The notes under the pieces: model-generated | What the model saw: the letters and a program-made list of their open reading frames with translations, nothing else | Database searches by the model: none | What the model was told of the DNA's origin: nothing | Program-made: the position numbers and the translations under genes | Shown: positions 19,475 to 26,593 of the stretch, piece after piece | How positions within the stretch are numbered: position 1 is the first letter of the stretch | How the letters are laid out: every line of letters starts with the position of its first letter | Origin: Treponema sp. UBA2869 | Lineage (GTDB): Bacteria > Spirochaetota > Spirochaetia > Treponematales > Treponemataceae | Assembly (NCBI GenBank): GCA_002350445.1 | Contig: DEEV01000116.1 | Location: forward strand, 5,817-38,437 | Length of the DNA stretch: 32,621 bases | Reading direction: 5' to 3'

Positions 19475-21003
19475 TTAGTTTCCTCAAATAATTGTATTAT
19501 CTCAAGTTTATGAGTTTTTCCCTGAACGTCAACAGGAAGCTTTTCTATAAAGCGCCACTTTTTTGGAATTACGACATTTTCAAAATATTTCATCAAAAAG
19601 TCGTGAAACCAGCTGTTTATTTTAAATTTTTCCAGACCTTTAAACTGCTCCTGTCCTTTTTCATTAAGCACAACAGCCGCCGCAAGATACTGTCGTATTT
19701 CGTTGCTAAGCGCAACTACTTTTACTTCCTTTACAAGTCCACTTTCCAAAAGGCGGTTTTCTACTTCCGTCATAGAAATGCGTTTTTCTTCTATTTTTAC
19801 AATAGAATCTGAACGACCTTTTAAAATAAAATGTCCGTCTTCATAAATTTCTGCAAGATCAGCAGTTGCAAAACCTTCCGGATTTTTAATGTACGGCGAA
19901 ATAATTCTAAGACAGCCGTCATCACCAAGCCAGATTTTTGCATTATCAAAAGGCGTCCACACAAGTTTATCTTTTTTTTGCTGACGGTACGCAATGCCTG
20001 ATGTTTCTGTAGAACCGTAAACTTCAAGCGGACAAAAACCAAACACCTTTTCTGTCTGAACGGCAAGTTCCGGCGAAACAGCACCGCCGCTTGTAAAAAT
20101 CCAGATTTTTTTCATTTTAAGCTTTTCTTCCGATTCTACAGTGCGCTTTAAGAAAGCCGGCGTTGCAATAAGAATGTATGATTCATCATTCAAAGATTCA
20201 AATTCTTCCGGGAATTCTATTCGTTTACGGCGGAAAGGTGTTCCCAATGTAAACGGAAGCGAAATTCCAAATAAAAATCCATAAATATGATGCTGACTTA
20301 CCGTTGTAATAAGCTTACGCTTTGTAAATTCTTTGCCCCATTTTGAAATTATAAACGCATTATCTTCTTCAAATTCCTTCATGCGCTGAGGAACAGCCTT
20401 TGGTTTTCCGGTGCTTCCCGAAGTAAAAAGGAAAATTCGTGTTTCTTCGCCGTCAATTTTTGGAGTTGTTCTAATTTCTTCTTCAGACGGAGCTGGCGTT
20501 GTTATAAATATTTCCTGAATAGAATTATAATGAACTGCTTCCAGAGTCTGATCTGTCAAAAAATGCATTTTGTCGTGAATAATTTCACGCATAAAACTTT
20601 CAGAAATATTTTGAGTTAAATAAACAGCTTTTTTGCATTGCAAAAGTGCAATAAACGTACATAAAAAATACCAGTAATCTTCGCAATGAAGAATAAATTC
20701 ATCTGCCTGGCTTTTCTGAATAAAAGCACGCATCTTTGCAGTTTCTGTAAGAAAATCCTTCCAGGTTTTATATGATTTTTTTGACCATTTTTCTTCATAA
20801 CAGACAATAGATTTATCTTTACGAGAATCTGCTGTAAATTTTGTAATTGGAAAAGCCTTTATCATTTTTTTATCCACGATTTTTCTTACTGCAAATTCGG
20901 CAGCAAACAAAGTTCCCATTAAAATATAAGAAATGCCGCCATTGTAAAATGCCCACAATTCACGTGCTCTTTCCGGCGGAAACTCCAAAAAGCACATCGG
21001 CAA
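19471..21003 (-). CDS. AMP-binding acyl-ACP/CoA ligase (ApeH-like); the frame begins with the C-terminal part of the upstream membrane protein
   Basis: FTSGSTGKPK, HHIYG, YGSTETSG, TADL, GRSDSIVKIEEKR, GK. The first about 45 aa (WAFYNGGISYILMGTLFAAEFAVR) are the typical end of the ApeG/COG4648 membrane protein. True start uncertain; possible ATG at 20865. Confidence 0.85.
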   Translation of the reverse strand: MPMCFLEFPPERARELWAFYNGGISYILMGTLFAAEFAVRKIVDKKMIKAFPITKFTADSRKDKSIVCYEEKWSKKSYKTWKDFLTETAKMRAFIQKSQADEFILHCEDYWYFLCTFIALLQCKKAVYLTQNISESFMREIIHDKMHFLTDQTLEAVHYNSIQEIFITTPAPSEEEIRTTPKIDGEETRIFLFTSGSTGKPKAVPQRMKEFEEDNAFIISKWGKEFTKRKLITTVSQHHIYGFLFGISLPFTLGTPFRRKRIEFPEEFESLNDESYILIATPAFLKRTVESEEKLKMKKIWIFTSGGAVSPELAVQTEKVFGFCPLEVYGSTETSGIAYRQQKKDKLVWTPFDNAKIWLGDDGCLRIISPYIKNPEGFATADLAEIYEDGHFILKGRSDSIVKIEEKRISMTEVENRLLESGLVKEVKVVALSNEIRQYLAAAVVLNEKGQEQFKGLEKFKINSWFHDFLMKYFENVVIPKKWRFIEKLPVDVQGKTHKLEIIQLFEETK

Positions 21004-21490
21004 AAGTTGTACAAGCAGCCGCAGTTCCGTTCAATATAAAAAATACACACCAGACAATAGTTACTTTCCGGCAATATTTTTTAACGTTTTCTTCAAAGCT
21101 TGAACCTTGAATTGTTTTATCTGCAAGTGTCGCAAACCTAAAAACAATATTAGGTCCAAAAAACAGCGTACTGCCAAAAATAATCAGTAAAGAAGCGTTT
21201 ATAACAACTGAATAAAGCCTTATAAAAAACTCTTTACCTGTTATAAAACAAAAAAGACCGGCTAGTAAAAAAAGCATTGAACTTAGAAGCGGCTTCCAAT
21301 TCAGTACAGCTTTTTCATCTTTTCCGGTCTTTGTATCCCCTGTGGCACTTAAAAAAAAAGCGGCCGCTAACGCAATAATACATAAAGAAAGTATTTTTGT
21401 ATCAACCCTTAGAACAACAAGAAGAATAAAAACAAGGGCTGGATAAACGGCTGCAATTATATAAAAAAGTGCCTTCAGAAAATGTTTCAT
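20960..21490 (-). CDS. COG4648/ApeG-like membrane protein, truncated by an apparent +1 frameshift
   Basis: YPALV, RLYSVVIN, FGSTL, RFA, YCRKVTIVWCVFFILNG. The conserved WxxYNG segment continues in another frame. Confidence 0.75.
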   Translation of the reverse strand: MKHFLKALFYIIAAVYPALVFILLVVLRVDTKILSLCIIALAAAFFLSATGDTKTGKDEKAVLNWKPLLSSMLFLLAGLFCFITGKEFFIRLYSVVINASLLIIFGSTLFFGPNIVFRFATLADKTIQGSSFEENVKKYCRKVTIVWCVFFILNGTAAACTTFADVLFGVSAGKST

Positions 21491-21505
21491 CCGATCTTAG
21501 AAACC

Positions 21506-21757
21506 TTATGCCATATAAGGAACAAGAGCGTCTACTACATCCTGAACAGTTTTTACAGTTTTGAAAATAGAAGGATCTACGTTTCCTTTATCAGCTGGCA
21601 TAAATTCCTTCATTTTTACAATAAGGTCAATTGAGTCGATTGAATCCAAATCCAAGTCATCTCCGAGAAGAGCATCAGGAGTTACATCACCCTCATCCAA
21701 TTCAAATTCTGAAACCAAAATTCCCTTAAGCTTTTCAAAAATTTCGTCTTTTGACAT
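21506..21757 (-). CDS. Acyl carrier protein (ApeF-like)
   Basis: DLDLDSIDSIDL phosphopantetheine site; acidic 83 aa; GAGG RBS. Confidence 0.92.
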   Translation of the reverse strand: MSKDEIFEKLKGILVSEFELDEGDVTPDALLGDDLDLDSIDSIDLIVKMKEFMPADKGNVDPSIFKTVKTVQDVVDALVPYMA

Positions 21758-21777
21758 AAAAAACCTCTGATTTTAGA

Positions 21778-22035
21778 TTACGCTTTATTTGCTGCAATGT
21801 ATTCAGCTAAAGCATTTATTGAAGCAAAATGCTTCTTATTTACTCCGCTTTCTGCAGAAAATTTTACACCAAATTTCTTTTTTAATGCAACTCCAAGCTC
21901 AAGTGCATCAATGGAATCAAGTCCAAGCCCTTCGCCAAAGAGCGGTTCTGAATCATCAATATTTTCCGGCTTAATATCTTCAAGCTGGAGCGATGAGATA
22001 ATTACCTGCTTTATCTCATTTTTTAACTGATCCAT
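21778..22035 (-). CDS. Acyl carrier protein (ApeE-like)
   Basis: PLFGEGLGLDSIDALELG motif; AGGGGA RBS. Confidence 0.92.
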   Translation of the reverse strand: MDQLKNEIKQVIISSLQLEDIKPENIDDSEPLFGEGLGLDSIDALELGVALKKKFGVKFSAESGVNKKHFASINALAEYIAANKA

Positions 22036-22072
22036 ACTTCATCCCCTAAAAACTCTACAACCTAATATTATT

Positions 22073-22101
22073 ATTCTATTAAAATAAGTAAAAAAAAGCA
22101 A
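22073..22101 (-). promoter_or_regulatory. Promoter for the ACP-to-dehydratase half of the cluster
   Basis: Minus strand TTGCTT (22101-22096)-N17-TAGAAT (22078-22073), 38 nt upstream of the ACP start. Confidence 0.65.
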
Positions 22102-22107
22102 GCATAA

Positions 22108-22254
22108 GGAAAACGCAGTAGCCCTTATCATTTTAAAGGTAAGGCCACTGCAGGTTTAATTTGTGGTATTATTGCTTTGGCATGGGGTATTATCGCTACT
22201 ATCGCTTGTGTAGCTTGTCTTGGAGCTGCTGCAGCCGCTGCTGCTTCTTACTAA
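22108..22254 (+). pseudogene. Start-less reading frame resembling the C-terminal half of a small DUF4190-like membrane protein
   Basis: Own translation: GKRSSPYHFKGKATAGLICGIIALAWGIIATIACVACLGAAAAAAASY*. In-frame TAA at 22105-22107, no ATG. Strong GCT/GGT/ATT codon bias; ends 14 nt before lgt. Confidence 0.6.
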
Positions 22255-22268
22255 TCTAAGTAAATCCA

Positions 22269-23045
22269 ATGGGATTTTATTTTTTAGGCACATTCATTCC
22301 ATATTACGGTTTGTGTATTGTAATTGGAATTGTATGTGCTTTTTTATTGTCCAATTTTCTCTGTAAGAAAAATAATTTAGATACAGATGACTTTATAATA
22401 ATTTGCGCCTATCTTTTTGCATTTGGATTTTTTGGTGCCAAGGTTTTATACATTCTTGTTTCCCTAAAAAATATTGATTTTAAAATCATATTCAAGAGCA
22501 TGAAAGCTTTTAATGCTTTTATAAATTCCGGCTTTGTATTTTATGGTGGTGTGATTGGCGGAATTCTTGCATTTCCACTTGTAAAGAAAATCCATAAAAT
22601 AGATGTCAAAAATTATATTCCAGTAATTGTTCCTGGACTATGCATAGCCCATGCCTTTGGAAGAATCGGCTGTTCCTTAGCAGGCTGCTGCCATGGAAAA
22701 ATAACCACAGGTCATTTATATTTTAGATATTCACACAGTCTTGCGGCTCCTAACAATGTAAATCTTTTTCCGGTTCAGGGAATAGAAGCGTTTTTTGTTT
22801 TCTTAATAGGAATTAGCTGTTTTATTATTGTGCAAAAAAAAATAAAGCTTAACGTTCTTTACTTGTACATTTTGTCATATTCAATTTTGCGTTTTATTCT
22901 GGAATTTTATAGAGGCGATTCTGCAAGAGGCTCTTTACTGATGCTTTCAACTTCTCAGATTATCAGTATTGCCGGCTTAATTTTTGTTATTATAAACAGA
23001 AACAAAATGTTGACTACCAATTTTAAAATAGATTATAATCGGTAA
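22269..23045 (+). CDS. lgt: Prolipoprotein diacylglyceryl transferase (Lgt) family protein, probably a paralogue
   Basis: YYGL, GAKVLY, GFVFYGG, GRIGCSLAGCCHG, FPVQGIEA, YSILRFILEFYRGD, STSQIIS; about 7 TM segments. Confidence 0.85.
   Translation: MGFYFLGTFIPYYGLCIVIGIVCAFLLSNFLCKKNNLDTDDFIIICAYLFAFGFFGAKVLYILVSLKNIDFKIIFKSMKAFNAFINSGFVFYGGVIGGILAFPLVKKIHKIDVKNYIPVIVPGLCIAHAFGRIGCSLAGCCHGKITTGHLYFRYSHSLAAPNNVNLFPVQGIEAFFVFLIGISCFIIVQKKIKLNVLYLYILSYSILRFILEFYRGDSARGSLLMLSTSQIISIAGLIFVIINRNKMLTTNFKIDYNR
23010..23039 (+). promoter_or_regulatory. Promoter for the DUF975 gene, inside the lgt 3' end
   Basis: TTGACT (23010-23015)-N18-TATAAT (23034-23039); GAGG RBS before ATG 23076. Confidence 0.65.
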
Positions 23046-23075
23046 CATATAATATTCACAAAAAAAGAGGTTTTT

Positions 23076-23735
23076 ATGGATTATTCAGAAATCAGAAGAG
23101 AGGCTCGAGAGTCTTTAAGAGGAAATGTTTTGACTTGTTTTGGAGCCGGCTTTGTTCTCTGGCTTATAATGTGTGTTGCTGGTTTTACCGTTATAGGTAC
23201 TTTGATTCTTGCAGGTCCTGTAGCACTTGGTGTTTCAATGCTTGCTATGCAGGTTTCACGCACAAACAAAGGTGAATTTGGAACTGCATTTAAAGGTTTT
23301 AACCGTCTTGGAGATGCTTTTGTAGCATGCTTCCTTACTGGTCTTTTTATTTTCCTTTGGGCCTTGCTTGGATTCATTTCATACGGTATCGCTATTGCTA
23401 CTTCAATCAGCACTGGTGAAATAAATTATGTTGCACTTTTCTTAACTTTCCCATTGATGATTCCTGCTGTAATCTGTGGTTACCGCTATTCAATGGTTTA
23501 TTTCATTTTGAACGATAATCCTGAAATGTCTGGAACTGAAGCAATGAAAGCTTCTAAAGAAATGATGAAAGGTCACAAATGGGAACTCTTTGTTCTTCAC
23601 CTTACATTTATTGGCTGGATTATTTTGTCTCCATTTACATTGTATCTTCTTCTTATCTGGCTTATTCCTTATATGCGCATTTCTCAGGTTAAGTTCTACG
23701 AAAGAATTAAGTCTGCACAGACTACAGCTGCATAA
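23076..23735 (+). CDS. DUF975 family membrane protein
   Basis: EIRREARESLRG, YRYSMVYFILNDNPE, AMKASKEMMKGHKWELFVLHLTFIGW, WLIPY, FYE. Confidence 0.88.
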   Translation: MDYSEIRREARESLRGNVLTCFGAGFVLWLIMCVAGFTVIGTLILAGPVALGVSMLAMQVSRTNKGEFGTAFKGFNRLGDAFVACFLTGLFIFLWALLGFISYGIAIATSISTGEINYVALFLTFPLMIPAVICGYRYSMVYFILNDNPEMSGTEAMKASKEMMKGHKWELFVLHLTFIGWIILSPFTLYLLLIWLIPYMRISQVKFYERIKSAQTTAA

Positions 23736-23754
23736 TTACAGGCTGAGTTAAAAT

Positions 23755-23795
23755 AAAAAAGACTGTCCGTTGCAAATGCGGGCAGTCTTTTTTTT
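23755..23795. terminator. Bidirectional Rho-independent terminator between DUF975 and the acyltransferase
   Basis: AAAAAAGACTGTCCGT-tgcaaat-GCGGGCAGTCTTTTTTTT; stem with G-U pairs and A/T tails on both sides. Confidence 0.8.
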
Positions 23796-23810
23796 GCTTT
23801 ATATGATTTT

Positions 23811-24668
23811 TTAGTAACTGTTCATTGTTTTTCCGGTGTATGATTTTTTGTATTCATCACCATAAGAACGGATTGTCTGTTCCATCTTTTCTGTAAGACG
23901 TTTTGCCGCAATTGGCTCAGACAAATCCTTAAATTCTGAAGTTTCAATTTCCGGCAAAATTTTAATATCGTAAACGTAAGTTTCCTGATGATTGTAAGAC
24001 CATACCGGATCGTGTTTTCCAAGACCGTATTTGTCGCTTCCGCCAATGAATAACGGCTGAACATTGCAGCCGCAGTAAAGTGCAAGACGGGCAGCACCTT
24101 TTTTATAATTGTTCTGACCGTGGCGGGGACATCTTGTTCCTTCCGGGAAAATGATTACATTACAGCCTTTGTCTGTAAGTTTTTTACAGTCTTCGCAAAC
24201 CTTAGAAAAGTCTGTTGAATTTGTAATGTAAGCCTGTCGGATTACTCCTCCAAGCGGCGTATTTTTAAGTCCTTCACGAACAATACAGGTTGCATTAGGA
24301 ACAAGCGACATTATATATACAAAGTCCAGAATGGACGGATGATTCGCAATGATAATCTTGCTGTGCATATTGCGAAAAGCCTGTTTGTCTTCTACCCTTA
24401 AAACTGCTGAACGTGTAAATGCAAGAGTTTTAAGCCAGGCGCGGAAAGAACCTGAAACAAAGGCTCGCGCGGCAATTCCAAAATCCTTTTTTTTGCCTGT
24501 AAAAAGGCGGATAAATGGAAAAACTAAAATTGCAAGCAGAACGGCTCCAAATCCAAAAAAGAAAAATGCACCAATTTTATTTATACAAAACCATGCATAA
24601 GTTATTGGATTTTTTATTTTTGGAAGGTCGTCGTGGCTGTAGCGTTCATCAATTTGTTTTTTTGACAT
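23811..24668 (-). CDS. Lysophospholipid/1-acylglycerol-3-phosphate acyltransferase (PlsC family; ApeD-like)
   Basis: ANHPSILD (HxxxxD) and IFPEGTR motifs. Confidence 0.9.
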   Translation of the reverse strand: MSKKQIDERYSHDDLPKIKNPITYAWFCINKIGAFFFFGFGAVLLAILVFPFIRLFTGKKKDFGIAARAFVSGSFRAWLKTLAFTRSAVLRVEDKQAFRNMHSKIIIANHPSILDFVYIMSLVPNATCIVREGLKNTPLGGVIRQAYITNSTDFSKVCEDCKKLTDKGCNVIIFPEGTRCPRHGQNNYKKGAARLALYCGCNVQPLFIGGSDKYGLGKHDPVWSYNHQETYVYDIKILPEIETSEFKDLSEPIAAKRLTEKMEQTIRSYGDEYKKSYTGKTMNSY

Positions 24669-24686
24669 TTTATACTCCGAATCAGG

Positions 24687-25349
24687 TTATTTTATAAGAT
24701 TCTTTAAAAACTGCAAAGGTGAATCTGATATTGAATCAAAATCACTGATTGTTATATTTTCGGCAGTTTTGCTGGCAGACATAATAGCTGCAAAGGCAAA
24801 AGGCAGATTTTGTTCAGGACATTTTTTTGCGTAAGCTTCAGGAACAAGCTCGTCGGCATATACAAAGATGATTTTTTCTTCGGTGCCGGCAAGAACCGGA
24901 GCCGCGGCGGTTTTAAATGCATCGCGGAAGTTACCCTTTGACGGATAAACTGCGCTGTAACCGCCTTTTAAGCCGAACGCAAGCGTTGCCTGCGAAACCG
25001 GAGTATTAAAAACCGAAAGCGAAAAAGCGGCCGGCAGAATCATATTGTCTTCGATAAGACTTTTATTGATTGAAAATTCGCGTTCAATTTCACCGCGTCC
25101 GGAGCAAAAGAAAATTTTTGTATCTTTTGAAATGCCGCTTTTTTCCAGCAGACTGTGAATTACATGAACAGTCATTTTTGTAATTTGACTAAGACGTCTG
25201 CGAAAAAGCGGATCTGTGTATTCCAGTTTTGGAGCGTCTTTTACCGGCTGAATCTGAGCTTTTCCTGCAAGCCAGTCCTGCCAGAGGCTTTCATCATCCG
25301 AAAGTCCTGGCGCCCATTTTGTAATATTTGAAATATAAATTTCTTTCAT
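24687..25349 (-). CDS. Beta-ketoacyl synthase chain-length factor (ApeC-like)
   Basis: PLFRRRLSQ, SGRGE, PAAFSLSVFN, VYADE; 220 aa with no catalytic triad; syntenic position. Confidence 0.85.
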   Translation of the reverse strand: MKEIYISNITKWAPGLSDDESLWQDWLAGKAQIQPVKDAPKLEYTDPLFRRRLSQITKMTVHVIHSLLEKSGISKDTKIFFCSGRGEIEREFSINKSLIEDNMILPAAFSLSVFNTPVSQATLAFGLKGGYSAVYPSKGNFRDAFKTAAAPVLAGTEEKIIFVYADELVPEAYAKKCPEQNLPFAFAAIMSASKTAENITISDFDSISDSPLQFLKNLIK

Positions 25350-25350
25350 A

Positions 25351-26478
25351 TTATTTTTTAATAAAGTTCAACAGCGAGTAAGCGTTGCTTCCCAAATTGT
25401 GATGCGCACAGTTTAACTTAAAGCCGGCTGCTTCAATTGCATCTACCAGCTCCTGATAGCGGTACATCTTGCTGTTTCCGTTTGCAATACAGGTAAAATA
25501 AAGCGAAGTTCCCATAAGCGAATAGGCACTTGCTTCAAATTTCTGTTTGTCCCACAAAGGTTCAAGAACCCACACATTTGTATTTTCATTTGCGGCCTCG
25601 TAAACCTTGCGAAGAATTTTTGTAATCTGATGAAGGCTAAAACAGTCCAAAAACTGGCTCATCCAGACTGCATCCGGGTTTGCAGGAAGCTTTGTAGAAT
25701 CCTGCAGAATATTTCCCATGCAAAAATCAATTCGGTCTGCAAAACCTGCTTCTGCGGCATTCTTTTTTGCAACTTCGGCCTGCCCTGGTAAATCGCAGAT
25801 TGTCATTTTTACGTCTGAATTGTAACGGCAGCAGGTTAAAGACCATTTTCCTGTGTTTCCGCCAATGTCCAGAATGTGCTTTGGCTTTTTTGCAAAAACA
25901 ATTGGCAGTGCTTCCGGAAACGCAATATCCGAATAAAAGTGGTCAAATTCAAACCAGGATTTTTTAGGCTGGTCGGGCAGCGTAGAAAGCGCTTCGTAAA
26001 CGGTTGTCCATTTATCGCCAAAAACCTTAAGCCCTTCAGGCTTTCCGTTTTTAATTGATTTTTCCAGATCCCACGCGCCCTCATAACAGATATCATTTGT
26101 AAACCAGAAGTTCACGCGGGTTAAATCATCCTCTAAAAGCATCCAGCCGGTTTTTCCAAGTGTATACTTTTCGGTTTTTGGGTCAGATTCAGAGTCTTGA
26201 GTAAGCTTAATTACGTTCATTCCCAACGCCATTTCGCAAAGAACGCCAACCCCATATTCAGAAATTTCTGTTTTAGTGGCAAGCGCAGCGCGTGTAATTC
26301 CTTCGTCTCCGGCTTCTTCAATAGCACGCAGAATTCCAAGGTTAAGCATGGCTTTTACCGCCTGAAAAGCAAGCGGCGCAAACGCAATTTTCTGTGCTTC
26401 AAATTTTGCATCAACAGCACGAATATCATCAGTTTTATATTTTTCTATATTAAAGTACGCTTTGTCAGTCTGATTCAT
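25351..26478 (-). CDS. SAM-dependent methyltransferase (ApeB-like)
   Basis: AQKIAFAPLAFQ, WFEFDHFYSD, LDIGGNTG, DLPGQ, WMSQFLDCFS, SLYFTCIANGNSKMY. Start set at ATG 26478; the track's TTG start at 26514 coincides with a -35 box. Confidence 0.85.
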   Translation of the reverse strand: MNQTDKAYFNIEKYKTDDIRAVDAKFEAQKIAFAPLAFQAVKAMLNLGILRAIEEAGDEGITRAALATKTEISEYGVGVLCEMALGMNVIKLTQDSESDPKTEKYTLGKTGWMLLEDDLTRVNFWFTNDICYEGAWDLEKSIKNGKPEGLKVFGDKWTTVYEALSTLPDQPKKSWFEFDHFYSDIAFPEALPIVFAKKPKHILDIGGNTGKWSLTCCRYNSDVKMTICDLPGQAEVAKKNAAEAGFADRIDFCMGNILQDSTKLPANPDAVWMSQFLDCFSLHQITKILRKVYEAANENTNVWVLEPLWDKQKFEASAYSLMGTSLYFTCIANGNSKMYRYQELVDAIEAAGFKLNCAHHNLGSNAYSLLNFIKK

Positions 26479-26485
26479 AATCAAA

Positions 26486-26514
26486 ATAATAAAATAATTC
26501 ATAAAAACTGACAA
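26486..26514 (-). promoter_or_regulatory. Promoter at the head of the APE-like cluster (candidate leaderless)
   Basis: Minus strand TTGTCA-N17-TATTAT-N7-ATG; no Shine-Dalgarno. Confidence 0.6.
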
Positions 26515-26581
26515 CTAAGAAAAATAATCTATCTCGCCTAAATTACTGCATTTTCCTTATGCATTTTTTTGAAATCTGGCG

Positions 26582-26587
26582 TATGAT
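26582..26587 (+). promoter_or_regulatory. -10 box (TATGAT) 6 nt before the GH120 ATG; candidate leaderless promoter
   Basis: TATGAT-taaaga-ATG; no SD and a weak -35. Confidence 0.45.
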
Positions 26588-26593
26588 TAAAGA

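Larger units (their letters stand above)
8504..26478 (-). other. Aryl-polyene (APE)-type type II PKS/FAS biosynthetic gene cluster, interrupted by two insertions
   Basis: Gene order MT-CLF-LPLAT-ACP-ACP-membrane protein-AMP ligase-DH-GT2-acyltransferase-LolA-MMPL-DUF3261-KS-DH-KR-KS matches the E. coli/Xenorhabdus apeB-apeR arrangement, except that there is no thioesterase. Confidence 0.85.

Noticed and set aside
22182-22259. 25-aa Cys-rich ORF MGYYRYYRLCSLSWSCCSRCCFLLI as a RiPP precursor
   Set aside because: It is a shadow frame of the GCT-rich coding remnant, with no clear RBS and no modifying enzymes nearby.
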